From: a virus
Lineage: Duplodnaviria; Caudoviricetes
Direction: 5' to 3' (one strand)
Virus record (IMG/VR): IMGVR_UViG_3300042987_001364
Span: 1-62,900 of that record
DNA: 62,900 bases
Shown here: one piece after another, positions 1 through 9,706 of the stretch
Position numbering within the stretch: position 1 is the stretch's first letter
Layout: every line of letters starts with the position of its first letter
Translations under genes and position numbers: made by a program
Notes under the pieces: model-generated
Told to the model about the DNA's origin: nothing
The model's database searches: none
Seen by the model: only the letters and a program-made list of their open reading frames with translations

Positions 1-127
1 CAGGCATTGATGTCGGGCAAGACTATAGATGGTGAGCGCATCGAACAGGACGCCTCATCGCTACTGGCCGAGCTATCAGCACCACAAGACACGCCAGGCA
101 CAGCCAGCACCGACAGCACAAATGCTA
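1..127. repeat. Direct terminal repeat copy 1 (contig circularisation overlap)
   Basis: Bases 1-127 (caggcattga...aatgcta) are identical to 62774-62900. Confidence 0.97.
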
Positions 128-598
128 AGTGATTGATTCTACAGGGACGGGTGTCGAAAAACACGGGGTTGTATCCCCACCGGCACCCCACCCCCCACGG
201 CAGCAAAGGGACTCCGTGTTCGGCTCTACATATTACTCCACACAAACGATTACCAACTCCACACAAATCTCCCACAAAATCAATCACTTACGTTTTTTGC
301 CTGTGTATTCCCCCAGACGGGACGGGTAAGGAGAGTCGCCTGACGGCGTGCGTTGCTAGTGTCTTTGGGCACTGTTTTTGGAGTGGAGTATGACTTTTGT
401 AATAGCGGAGTATCGGGCAACTAGTGCCGAAGGTCATAGTTTTGGTGGGGTAGGGGTGTGTTTTTTGTTCGGGAGCTACCCCACCCCTGCTGTATGGGGG
501 GTGCCCCCCTTGTATGGAACCGTGGAATGGATAAAGGCGTAGGTAAGAAAATTCAGTGGCGGAAGGTGTGTGGTCGTCCGATTGATTACAACCCGGTG

Positions 599-880
599 AT
601 GACTTGGACGCGTTCGTCTTTGACGGCGGCGGAATGTGAGGCGGTGAGTATGACTCCGGTTCAGCGGGAGATGTACATTTTGATAGATGAGTTTTGGAAG
701 CGGTTTGGGTGTGGTCCGACGTACCGGGAGTTGGAGCAGTTGAGGGGTGTGAAGGGTTTGGGGAATGTGAAGCGGTTGGTGGATGCGTTGGTGAAGTTGG
801 GTGTGGTGAAGCGTGTAGCGGGTATGGAGCGGAGTGTTAGGCCGTCGTACATGAAATTTCACGCTAGGGAGTTTGAGTGA
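599..880 (+). CDS. LexA-like winged-helix DNA-binding protein (no peptidase domain)
   Basis: MTPVQREMYILIDEFWKRFGCGPTYREL...VKRLVDALVKLG matches the LexA N-terminal pattern. Start is probably ATG 599 or 650 rather than 458. Confidence 0.7.
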   Translation: MTWTRSSLTAAECEAVSMTPVQREMYILIDEFWKRFGCGPTYRELEQLRGVKGLGNVKRLVDALVKLGVVKRVAGMERSVRPSYMKFHAREFE

Positions 881-902
881 TGAACTCGAAGAGTGAATTG
901 GA

Positions 903-1178
903 ATGGAAGAGATGACTGATCTGGAAGAAGTGTTGGCTGAGCGTGGCTCCAAGTACGGCGAGTTTTCAAAGAACTCTATGGTGAGCCAGTTGCTTAAATC
1001 AACTTTGTACAATGTTCCGCGAAATGCAGCGTTCTCCCACTATCAGCGGGAAGCGTTGGACATGATCGCCAATAAACTATCCAGGATTGTCTGCGGCGAC
1101 CCGAATTACGCCGACTCGTGGAGAGACATTGCTGGCTATGCCACGTTGGTGGCTGACATTCTTGAGTCTCGCAAATGA
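903..1178 (+). CDS. DUF6378-like small phage protein
   Basis: LAERGSKYGEF...KLSRIVCGDPNYADSWRDIAGYATL motif. Confidence 0.7.
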   Translation: MEEMTDLEEVLAERGSKYGEFSKNSMVSQLLKSTLYNVPRNAAFSHYQREALDMIANKLSRIVCGDPNYADSWRDIAGYATLVADILESRK

Positions 1179-3679
1179 GCGACTTGGCCGCGTTGATTTC
1201 TAAGCTGCCTGAGAATGAGCAACAGAAGTTGTTGGCTCAGGTAGGCGCATATAAAGAGGCGCTGGAGCGGGAGAAGGCGCAAGCGGACTTCATGGCGTTT
1301 GTGAAGATGATGTGGCCGTCGTTTATCCACGGTCGGCACCATGCTTTGATGGCGAAGAAGTTCGAGGAAATCGCGGCGGGGAAGGTGAAGAGACTCATCA
1401 TCAACATGGCCCCTCGGCACGCGATAAGGTTAGATATGAAGATACCAACATTGAACGGATGGAAAACGATGGCCGACTTATTGGTTGGCGATTATGTTTT
1501 CGGGCCTGATGGGATTCCAACAGAGGTAATTGGAAAATCAGAAGTGTTTCACGATAGAGACATTTATCGCGTGACTACGGATGATGGATTCAGCCTGGAT
1601 GTTGATGGCGAGCATCTTTGGACGGTTAGGTTGCACCGAAAGCACGATGTCTATCACGACTTCACGACTGAAGAGTTATGGCGTAGGCAGAACGGTGAAG
1701 TGCTGAGAATGGGTAGAGGTGGGAGCACACACTTCTTGGCGGGGCATGTCAAAAATCCACGATTGCCAAGATTGCCTGACGTGAATCCCGTCATTTACGA
1801 ACGGCAATCCTTGCCGATAGCACCCTATGTTCTTGGTGTATGGCTCGGTGATGGGCACAAGAATCAAGGGGTAATTACCTGTCACGATGACGATCAGGTT
1901 GGCATTCGGCAAATGTTCGAGGCGCTTGGGTACAGAACGACTGCCCAATCTACCCCGATGACGTTCGGAGTTTTGGGTCTAAAAGAAAAACTCCGCGATC
2001 TTGGTGTGTTAGGGAACAAACACATCCCGCAGGCGTATCTGATGGGTAGCGTAGATCAACGTAGATGGTTGCTCAAAGGTCTGATGGACACGGATGGCAA
2101 CGTGTCAAAAGCAGGTCAATGTTTCTTCGCGCAAAGCAACTTGAGTCTCATCAATCAAGTGCGCGAACTTCTAGCCAGCCTTGGGATTAAGAACTCATTG
2201 ATCTCTACCGAGGCAAAAATTGGAGACAAAAGCTACGGCAAGACATGGAGGATTAGCTTTTATGCTTCCAACATTGCTCATTTAGACAGGAAAGAAAATC
2301 GGACGATCAAGTACAAGCCAGCATTCGGAAGGTACATCAAAGTAGAAAAACTAAACGAAACTGGCAGTACGCAATGTATCAAGGTAGCTCGTCAAGACGG
2401 TTTGTTTTTGGCCGGAGAAGGCTACATTTGTACGCACAACACCAAATCCGAGTTTGGCTCGTTTCTTTTGCCGGCTTGGTTTTTAGGAAAGTACCCGGAG
2501 AAGAAAGTTATCCAATGTTCAAACACGGCGGAATTGGCTGTTGGCTTCGGACGGAAGGTTCGAAACCTGGTTGGGTCGGATCACTATAAGAAAGTGTTTC
2601 CGAGTGTTGATCTTCGGGCTGATAGCAAAGCGGCTGGACGCTGGGATACCTCGGGTGGGGGTAGCTATTTTGCTATCGGCGTTGGAGGTACGGTGACAGG
2701 TAAAGGTGCTGACCTTCTTATCATCGATGACCCGCACAGCGAGCAAGAGGCCAAGTTAGCCCAAGGCGACCCGACCGTATTTGACGGCGTGTATGAATGG
2801 TACACCTCCGGACCACGGCAACGTCTCCAGCCAGGGGCGGCCATTGTCGTAATTATGACTCGCTGGAGTGACAAGGACTTAACGGGCAAGATCATTAGGA
2901 ACTCACGACACGAGGACGAATGGGAAGTGATCGAGCTACCGGCCATCCTTCCATCGGGCGCACCTCTATGGCCTGAGTTCTGGAGTCTCGAAGAGCTTCT
3001 TGCTCTTAAAGAAGAGTTACCTTCCTACAAGTGGAACGCACAGTACCAGCAACAGCCGACTGGCGAAGCGGGTGCGATTATTAAGCGTGAGTGGTGGCGT
3101 ATATGGAATAAAGATCGTCCGCCTAATTGTGAATTCATTATCCAGTCTTGGGATACAGCCTTTACCAAAGGCGAGAGGTCGGACTATTCGGCCTGTACGA
3201 CTTGGGGTATTTTTAATCTTAACGAAGACCCCAATGATGTGAATATCATATTGCTGGATGCGTTTAAGGATAAATGGGAGTTCCCGGAATTAAAACAAGC
3301 AGCATTTAATTCGTGGAAAGAATGGGAGCCTGACGCATTTATTATTGAAGCGAAGGCAGCTGGGGCGCCGTTGATATTTGAGTTAAGGCGTATGGGTATT
3401 CCGGTTAGTGAATATACGCCATCGCGCGGTAATGACAAATTTGCGCGTCTCAATTCGGTTACAGATTTGTTTGCCTCGGGTAAAGTATGGGCACCGGACG
3501 CGAGGTGGGCTGATGAAGTAATTGAGGAAATGGCGAGATTTCCTAATGCGGAGCACGATGACTTATTGGATAGCTCGGTGCAGGCCCTCATCCGGTTTAG
3601 GCAGGGTGGATTTTTGCGGTTACAGACCGACGAGCCTGACGAGGAAATCGGATGGCGGCGAAAAAAGGCATATTATTGA
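1175..3679 (+). CDS. terL: Terminase large subunit, intein-containing (about 494 aa after splicing)
   Basis: Walker A INMAPRH|TKS split by an intein; Walker B LLIIDDP; nuclease motifs IIQSWDTA, IEAKAAG and HDDLLDS. Confidence 0.95.
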   Translation: MSDLAALISKLPENEQQKLLAQVGAYKEALEREKAQADFMAFVKMMWPSFIHGRHHALMAKKFEEIAAGKVKRLIINMAPRHAIRLDMKIPTLNGWKTMADLLVGDYVFGPDGIPTEVIGKSEVFHDRDIYRVTTDDGFSLDVDGEHLWTVRLHRKHDVYHDFTTEELWRRQNGEVLRMGRGGSTHFLAGHVKNPRLPRLPDVNPVIYERQSLPIAPYVLGVWLGDGHKNQGVITCHDDDQVGIRQMFEALGYRTTAQSTPMTFGVLGLKEKLRDLGVLGNKHIPQAYLMGSVDQRRWLLKGLMDTDGNVSKAGQCFFAQSNLSLINQVRELLASLGIKNSLISTEAKIGDKSYGKTWRISFYASNIAHLDRKENRTIKYKPAFGRYIKVEKLNETGSTQCIKVARQDGLFLAGEGYICTHNTKSEFGSFLLPAWFLGKYPEKKVIQCSNTAELAVGFGRKVRNLVGSDHYKKVFPSVDLRADSKAAGRWDTSGGGSYFAIGVGGTVTGKGADLLIIDDPHSEQEAKLAQGDPTVFDGVYEWYTSGPRQRLQPGAAIVVIMTRWSDKDLTGKIIRNSRHEDEWEVIELPAILPSGAPLWPEFWSLEELLALKEELPSYKWNAQYQQQPTGEAGAIIKREWWRIWNKDRPPNCEFIIQSWDTAFTKGERSDYSACTTWGIFNLNEDPNDVNIILLDAFKDKWEFPELKQAAFNSWKEWEPDAFIIEAKAAGAPLIFELRRMGIPVSEYTPSRGNDKFARLNSVTDLFASGKVWAPDARWADEVIEEMARFPNAEHDDLLDSSVQALIRFRQGGFLRLQTDEPDEEIGWRRKKAYY
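1421..2440 (+). mobile_element. Intein (340 aa, Ala1, class 3-type) with LAGLIDADG homing endonuclease
   Basis: Starts AIRLDMKIPTLNGWKTM; block B GEHLW; block F TQCIKV; ends ICTHN followed by Thr. LAGLIDADG motifs YVLGVWLGDG and LLKGLMDTDG. Confidence 0.92.
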
Positions 3680-3687
3680 GGTGAAGC

Positions 3688-6084
3688 ATGGCAACAAATT
3701 TTGACCGAGCGTTATACAGTGACGTGCCTCCACTAAATCTGGCTGAAGAGGCGCCAGAAATCGAAGTGGAAGTCGAATTTCCTGAAACATCACTTGGGAT
3801 TGACGGCCTTGAGATTAATCTTTCTTCAGAAGAAACAACGGCGGATGATTTTGATGGCAACTTGGCTGAGTTCATGGAGGAAGGTGCTCTTGAAAGCGTT
3901 GCTGGTGATCTTGTTGCTCTGGTGGATGCTGACATAAGCAGTCGCAAAGACTGGTCGGAGACATTCGTCAAAGGCTTAGAAGTTCTGGGGATGAAGTATG
4001 AAGAAAGAACAGAGCCATGGAACGGTGCCTGTGGTGTGTTTTCTACTGTGCTCACCGAAGCGGCAATTCGGTTTCAAAGTGAGTGTATTACCGAAACCTT
4101 CCCAGCAGCCGGCCCTGTTAAAACCCTCATCATCGGGGAAATAACCCAGCAAAAGACCGAAGCGTCAGAGCGTGTCAGAGATGACATGAACTACCAGCTT
4201 ACGGAGGTGATGCAAGAGTACCGCCCAGAACATGAGCGCGCACTGTTTAATCTTGGCCTGTCAGGAGCCGCGTTCAAAAAGGTCTATTTTGACCCGGCGC
4301 TTGATCGACAAGTATCCATGTACATCCCGGCTGAAGACATCATCATGCCGTATGGCTCGTCAGGCGTTCTCACCGCAGAGCGCGTGACCCACCTGATGCG
4401 CAAGACCAAGAACGAAATACGCAAACTGCAAGTAGCAGGCTTCTACCGCGACATCGATCTTGGCGAGCCAATCCAGATTCCGACTGATATCGAGAAGAAG
4501 AAAGCCGAGGAAGAAGGCTATTCAATCACAGATGACGAGCGTTATCAGATTCTCGAAATCCACGTCGATTACGACCTCCCCGGCTACGAGAACGAAGACG
4601 GAATTGCTCTGCCATATGTAATTACAATCGACCGTGGCAGCAACAAAGTTCTGGCAATTCGCAGGAACTACGCCGAAGATGACCCGACCTTCGCCAAACG
4701 TCAGCACTTCGTTCAATACACCTATATCCCTGGCTTCGGTGCGTACGGTTTTGGCCTGATCCATCTGATCGGTGGCTATGCCCGAGCGGGCACGATGCTC
4801 ATTCGGCAATTGATTGATGCCGGTTCCTTGGCAAATTTGCCCGGCGGATTGAAATCTCGCGGCCTGCGCGTCAAGGGTGACGACACGCCCATCGCCCCAG
4901 GTGAGTTCCGTGATGTGGATGTGCCGTCTGGGAGCATCCGGGACAACATCATGCCGTTGCCCTACAAGGAGCCAAGCCAAGTATTGATGGCACTTTTGGG
5001 CAATATCACCGAAGAAGCCCGAAGATTGGGTGCAATTTCGGACATGAAGATTAGCGACATGTCAGCGAATGCCCCAGTGGGTACGACGTTGGCATTGTTG
5101 GAACGGCAACTGAAGACCATGAGTGCGGTTCAGGCTCGTGTTCATTTCGCCATGAAGCAGGAATTCAAGCTGCTCAAGGCGATTATTCGTGATTTCACCC
5201 CAAGCCAGTACGAATACACGCCGGAGAAAGCCGACCGGAAGGCAAAACGCGAGGACTATGACCTCGTTGAAGTAATTCCGGTGAGCGATCCGAACAGCGC
5301 AACGATGGCGCAACGGATTATGCAGTACCAAGCGGCTATCCAATTGGCTCAAGGTGCGCCCCAAATCTACGATCTTCCTCAACTTCACCGCCAAATGCTC
5401 GAAGTTTTGGGTGTCAAGAACGCCGATAAGCTGGTGCCGCTTGAAGATGACATGAAACCGCGTGATCCGATCAGCGAAAACATGGCTTTCCTGTCCGGCA
5501 AACCCACGAAGGCGTTCATTTATCAGGATCACGACGCGCATATCGCGTGTCACATGTCGATGATGCAAGACCCGGTGCTGATGGCGCAGATTGGACAGTC
5601 TCCAATGGCCCAACAAATGCAGGCGGCGATTATGTCGCACGTGGCAGAGCACTTGGCATTCCTGTATCGCAAGCGTGTGGAAGAACAATTGGGTGTTCCG
5701 ATGCCAAAACCCAACGAAGAACTACCGGAAGACGTAGAAGTCCAGTTGTCGAGACTCGTGGCCCAGGCTGCAACACAGGTTTTGGCGCAAAGCAAGGGAC
5801 AAGCGGCACAGCAACAGGCCCAACAACAGGCACAAGACCCGCTTTTCCAGTTGCAACAACAGGAAATGCAGATCAAAGCGCAGGAAATCCAGAGAAAAGC
5901 CCAGAAAGACGCTCAAGACGGGCAAATTGCGCAGGCAAGACTGGCTTTGGAGTCGCAGCGCGCGGCAAATCAGGCCGAAGCAGACAGGTTGCGCATCGCG
6001 CTTCAGGCGCAACAACAGCAAGACGAGCAGGTACGCGATTTTGTCGATCGTATTACCGATATGCAATCACCCGAGACACGGTAA
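3688..6084 (+). CDS. Portal protein (P22-like, long Gln-rich coiled-coil C-terminus)
   Basis: 798 aa directly after terL; FKKVYFD motif; Q-rich helical tail. Confidence 0.85.
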   Translation: MATNFDRALYSDVPPLNLAEEAPEIEVEVEFPETSLGIDGLEINLSSEETTADDFDGNLAEFMEEGALESVAGDLVALVDADISSRKDWSETFVKGLEVLGMKYEERTEPWNGACGVFSTVLTEAAIRFQSECITETFPAAGPVKTLIIGEITQQKTEASERVRDDMNYQLTEVMQEYRPEHERALFNLGLSGAAFKKVYFDPALDRQVSMYIPAEDIIMPYGSSGVLTAERVTHLMRKTKNEIRKLQVAGFYRDIDLGEPIQIPTDIEKKKAEEEGYSITDDERYQILEIHVDYDLPGYENEDGIALPYVITIDRGSNKVLAIRRNYAEDDPTFAKRQHFVQYTYIPGFGAYGFGLIHLIGGYARAGTMLIRQLIDAGSLANLPGGLKSRGLRVKGDDTPIAPGEFRDVDVPSGSIRDNIMPLPYKEPSQVLMALLGNITEEARRLGAISDMKISDMSANAPVGTTLALLERQLKTMSAVQARVHFAMKQEFKLLKAIIRDFTPSQYEYTPEKADRKAKREDYDLVEVIPVSDPNSATMAQRIMQYQAAIQLAQGAPQIYDLPQLHRQMLEVLGVKNADKLVPLEDDMKPRDPISENMAFLSGKPTKAFIYQDHDAHIACHMSMMQDPVLMAQIGQSPMAQQMQAAIMSHVAEHLAFLYRKRVEEQLGVPMPKPNEELPEDVEVQLSRLVAQAATQVLAQSKGQAAQQQAQQQAQDPLFQLQQQEMQIKAQEIQRKAQKDAQDGQIAQARLALESQRAANQAEADRLRIALQAQQQQDEQVRDFVDRITDMQSPETR

Positions 6085-6087
6085 ATC

Positions 6088-6285
6088 ATGGAAAACAAGC
6101 TGTTGATGCTGCTTACCTCAAGGCTTGAGGAACGAAGAACTCAATTGATTGAATCACTGGCAGACGGAGCGGTTAAAGACCACTCCGAATACCGGTACTT
6201 GTGCGGCACGATCCGAGGTCTTGCGTTCGCACAATCAGAAATAGAAGACCTCGTGCGCAAACTAAGGGATTTTGATGATGAGTGA
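6088..6285 (+). CDS. Small head-module protein
   Basis: 65 aa between portal and GroES, coupled to its neighbours; YRYLCGTIRGL motif. Confidence 0.65.
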   Translation: MENKLLMLLTSRLEERRTQLIESLADGAVKDHSEYRYLCGTIRGLAFAQSEIEDLVRKLRDFDDE

Positions 6286-6676
6286 GCTGTTAATCAGTGA
6301 CGGTCAGAACGAAACGGTGCTTCCAAATACGCCTGAAGAGAAAGCTAAGCAGTTGCCGGACCCCGTGACCTATCACTTGCTGTGTGCTTTGCCAGAAGTT
6401 GAGGAAGCTACTGAAGGTGGGATTCTAAAATCCGCCCAGAGTATTCACTTTGAGGAAGTTTTGTCCCCAGTTTTGTTTGTAGTCAAGATGGGTCCGGATG
6501 CCTACGCCGATAAGTCACGATTCCCGCAAGGGCCGTCCTGCAAGGTTGGTGATTTTGTATTGGTCCGTCCCAATACCGGCACTCGCGTCAAGATTCATGG
6601 CCGTGAATTCCGAATCATCGTTGACGATTCCGTTGAAGCAGTGGTGGACGATCCGCGCGGTATCAAGAGGGCTTGA
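6278..6676 (+). CDS. groES: GroES-like co-chaperonin
   Basis: TEGGIL mobile loop; VVKMGPDAY; CKVGDFVL; GREFRIIVDDSVEAVV. Confidence 0.85.
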   Translation: MSELLISDGQNETVLPNTPEEKAKQLPDPVTYHLLCALPEVEEATEGGILKSAQSIHFEEVLSPVLFVVKMGPDAYADKSRFPQGPSCKVGDFVLVRPNTGTRVKIHGREFRIIVDDSVEAVVDDPRGIKRA

Positions 6677-6678
6677 TT

Positions 6679-7593
6679 ATGAGTGACGATAAAGTTGAAT
6701 TTGAGATTCAGAGCGAGGAATCTCAAACGGAAACAAAAACGCCTGAACCTGAGCTAGAAATTATTGACGACACGCCCGAGAAGGATCGCGGCCGTAAGCC
6801 CATGGAGGAACCGCCCAAGGAATTTTCCGAGGACGAGATTTCTCAATACCATGAGAGCGTCCAGAAACGTATCAAGCATTTTACTAAGGGTTATCACGAA
6901 GAGCGTCGTGCAAAGGAAGCAGCACTGCGCGAGCGTGAGGAAGCATTAAAACTGGCTCAGTCAATTATTGAAGAAAATAAACGACTGAAATCCACAGTAT
7001 CCGAAAATCAGCAAGCATTGCTTGAGCAGGCAAAACGGGTTACTGCGCAAGAGCTGGAGAAGGCCAAAGAGGAATTCCGTAAAGCCTATGATATGGGTGA
7101 TTCCGAAGCCTTGGCTTCCGCACAGGAAAACCTGACATCGGCAAAGATTAAAGCAGAAAGAGTTGCTAACTTTACGCTGCCCTCTTTACAGCAAGAAGAG
7201 CCTGCGTTACAAATACCTCAAGCGCCAAAACAACAGCCAGATCAACGTGCTGAGAAATGGCGTAATGACAATCAGTGGTTCGGGCAAGACCGTCGTATGA
7301 CTGCTTATGCCTTGTCACTCCACGATGAGCTTACATCGGTAGAGCATATTGATCCTACCAGCGATGAATACTATCGGAAAATCGACGCAGAAATGCGTGA
7401 GAGATTCCCGGATAGGTTTGATTCGGATGCGCCTCCTCCGAAGAAATCAACAGTTGTGGCCCCTGCCACGAGAAGCACAGCGTCCAAAAAGATCGTGCTG
7501 ACTCAAACGCAGGTCAATATCGCCCGCCGGCTGGGTCTTTCTCCGGAAGCCTATGCCAAAGAGGTTGCGAAACTTAATAGAGGAAATGTCTAA
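6679..7593 (+). CDS. Capsid scaffolding protein
   Basis: Acidic coiled-coil protein upstream of the capsid genes; C-terminal IARRLGLSPEAYAK helix pair. Confidence 0.65.
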   Translation: MSDDKVEFEIQSEESQTETKTPEPELEIIDDTPEKDRGRKPMEEPPKEFSEDEISQYHESVQKRIKHFTKGYHEERRAKEAALREREEALKLAQSIIEENKRLKSTVSENQQALLEQAKRVTAQELEKAKEEFRKAYDMGDSEALASAQENLTSAKIKAERVANFTLPSLQQEEPALQIPQAPKQQPDQRAEKWRNDNQWFGQDRRMTAYALSLHDELTSVEHIDPTSDEYYRKIDAEMRERFPDRFDSDAPPPKKSTVVAPATRSTASKKIVLTQTQVNIARRLGLSPEAYAKEVAKLNRGNV

Positions 7594-8042
7594 TGGAAAA
7601 GCAAGTAAGAACACCGCGAGAACAGGAACAGCGTGCAGCCTTCGAGCGCCCGACTTCGTGGCGTCCGCAAAGTCTGTTGCCCAATCCGAATCCGGAGCCG
7701 GGCTATACGTTCCGTTGGGTTCGTGTTGCGATGCTTGGCATGGATGATCCAAAGAACATTTCCACTAGTCTTGGCGAAGGTTGGGAGCCGGTCAAGGCAT
7801 CAGAACATCCTGAGATTCGTCTGTTCAACGCGGGCAACAACCGCTTCCCGGACAGTATCGAAATCGGTGGTTTGTTGCTTTGCAAGATTCCGGCGGAGTT
7901 TATGGAGCAGCGGAGTCAGTATTTTGAGCAAAAGACTGAATCCGATATGCGCGCCGTAGACAGCAACTTTATGCGAGAAGGCGATCCGCGTATGCCTCTG
8001 TTCAAGAACAGGGACTCGCGGACAACATTTGGACAAAGATAA
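7593..8042 (+). CDS. Conserved head-module hypothetical protein
   Basis: FRWVRV...EGWEPV...IGGLLLCKIP; coupled to the scaffold gene. Confidence 0.7.
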   Translation: MEKQVRTPREQEQRAAFERPTSWRPQSLLPNPNPEPGYTFRWVRVAMLGMDDPKNISTSLGEGWEPVKASEHPEIRLFNAGNNRFPDSIEIGGLLLCKIPAEFMEQRSQYFEQKTESDMRAVDSNFMREGDPRMPLFKNRDSRTTFGQR

Positions 8043-8058
8043 ATTCTAGGAGCGAAAC

Positions 8059-8655
8059 ATGGCTTATCCGACCGTTTCTGCCCCGTATGGTCTGGTGCCC
8101 GTCAATCGTATTGACGGCCTGCCCTACGCGGGTCAAACCCGGCAAATCCCCATCGCGGTGGGTTATGCCACAGCAATCTTCAATGGCGACACAGTGAAAC
8201 TGGATAGCACAGGTTTCCTGGTGGCAGACACCGGCACAAACAACGCGACCCCCGTGGGCGTGCTGGTTGGCTGTCAGTATGTCAATTCGTCCGGCCAAAA
8301 GATTCAGGGCCAGTTCTACCCGGCTGCCGCTTCGACGACAGCTAACAACGCCATCGCCTATGTGATCGACGATCCTATGGCCGCCTTCAAGGTGGCAGTG
8401 GTTTCGACCGGCACAACCATGGCGACCGTGGGTCGTACAGTGGTGGGCTCCAACATGGAACTGGTGCAAAACACTGGCTCCACCACAACCGGTGACTCGG
8501 CTGTGGCGGTTCTGTCCACAAGCACATCGACAACAAACACCCTGCCGGTGCGAGTGATCGATGTGGTGCCCGAAACAGCGACTGGCGCGAATGCGTTCGC
8601 GGAAGTCATTGTTAAGATCAACACCCATCAGTACAACAGCACCACTGGTGTCTAA
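8059..8655 (+). CDS. Capsid decoration/cement protein
   Basis: 198 aa, T/A/V/G-rich beta-type protein immediately before the major capsid gene; strong SD. Confidence 0.6.
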   Translation: MAYPTVSAPYGLVPVNRIDGLPYAGQTRQIPIAVGYATAIFNGDTVKLDSTGFLVADTGTNNATPVGVLVGCQYVNSSGQKIQGQFYPAAASTTANNAIAYVIDDPMAAFKVAVVSTGTTMATVGRTVVGSNMELVQNTGSTTTGDSAVAVLSTSTSTTNTLPVRVIDVVPETATGANAFAEVIVKINTHQYNSTTGV

Positions 8656-8666
8656 GGAGCTAAGTC

Positions 8667-9578
8667 ATGGCTATTTCTCGTGCGCAGCTACTCAAAGAAC
8701 TGCTCCCCGGCCTGAACGCTCTGTTCGGTATTGAATATGATCGTTATGGCGAAGAGCATAAGGAAATCTACGAAACCGAAACTTCTGAGCGTAGCTTCGA
8801 AGAAGAAACCAAGCTGTCCGGTTTCTCCGCTGCTCCGGTAAAGAACGAAGGTTCTGCAATCTCCTACGACAACGCCCAAGAAGCTTGGACGGCTCGTTAC
8901 AACCACGAAACTATCGCTATGGGTTTCTCGATCACCGAAGAAGCGATCGAAGACAATCTGTACGACAGCCTCTCGTCTCGTTACACCAAGGCTCTGGCTC
9001 GCGCCATGGCCTACACCAAGCAAGTTAAGGCCGCTTATGTGCTGAACAACGCGTTCAACACAGCCGTGACCTACGGTGACGGTGTGACACTGTGTAACAC
9101 AGCCCATCCGCTGATCTCCGGTGGCACCAACAGCAACCGTCCTACAGTCGGTACCGACCTGAACGAAACCGCGCTGGAAAATGCGGTCATTCAGATCGCC
9201 GGCTGGACCGACGAGCGTGGTCTGCTGATCGCCGCCAAGCCCCGTAAGCTGGTCGTGCCGCCCGCACTCCAGTTCGTTGCTACCCGTCTGCTGGAAACCG
9301 AACTCCGCGTCGGTACGGCTGACAACGATATCAACGCGCTGAAGAACAACGGCTCGATCCCCGAAGGCTATACGATCAACCATTGGCTGACCGATACAAA
9401 CGCGTGGTTCCTTATCACCGACGTGCCCAACGGTCTGAAGCACTTCGTCCGTACTCCGATGCAAACCGGAATGGATGGAGACTTTGACACCGGTAATGTA
9501 AGATATAAAGCGAGGGAGCGGTACAGTTTTGGTGCGTCGGACCCGCTCGGTATCTTCGGTTCGCCCGGTTCGTCCTGA
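8667..9578 (+). CDS. Major capsid protein
   Basis: MAISRAQLLKELLPGLNALFG N-terminus typical of a widespread aquatic phage MCP family; strong SD (taaggag); biased codons; followed by a terminator. Confidence 0.88.
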   Translation: MAISRAQLLKELLPGLNALFGIEYDRYGEEHKEIYETETSERSFEEETKLSGFSAAPVKNEGSAISYDNAQEAWTARYNHETIAMGFSITEEAIEDNLYDSLSSRYTKALARAMAYTKQVKAAYVLNNAFNTAVTYGDGVTLCNTAHPLISGGTNSNRPTVGTDLNETALENAVIQIAGWTDERGLLIAAKPRKLVVPPALQFVATRLLETELRVGTADNDINALKNNGSIPEGYTINHWLTDTNAWFLITDVPNGLKHFVRTPMQTGMDGDFDTGNVRYKARERYSFGASDPLGIFGSPGSS

Positions 9579-9603
9579 TAGTAAAATCAAGCAGTTAGCT
9601 TGG

Positions 9604-9633
9604 AACCCCGCCCCTAAAAAGGCGGGGTTTTTT
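9604..9633 (+). terminator. Intrinsic terminator after MCP
   Basis: AACCCCGCC-loop-GGCGGGGTT followed by a T-run. Confidence 0.85.
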
Positions 9634-9640
9634 ACGCCTA

Positions 9641-9669
9641 TTGATTTCTTGCAAAGACTTTGTTACAGT
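9641..9669 (+). promoter_or_regulatory. Sigma70-like promoter for the HNH gene
   Basis: TTGATT-N17-TACAGT with extended -10 TG. Confidence 0.55.
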
Positions 9670-9706
9670 GTATTGACGTTACCAGTAACTAAATCTCGGA
9701 GGACTC

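Noticed and set aside
1-127. 127-bp terminal repeat as a biological direct terminal repeat
   Set aside because: Its length equals a standard assembler k-mer and it lies inside the terS reading frame, so it is best read as an assembly overlap.
8688-9590. Long antisense ORFs (e.g. 8688-9590, 31047-31805, 39538-40422)
   Set aside because: These are shadows of codon-biased or low-complexity genes on the + strand, with no motifs or ribosome-binding sites.
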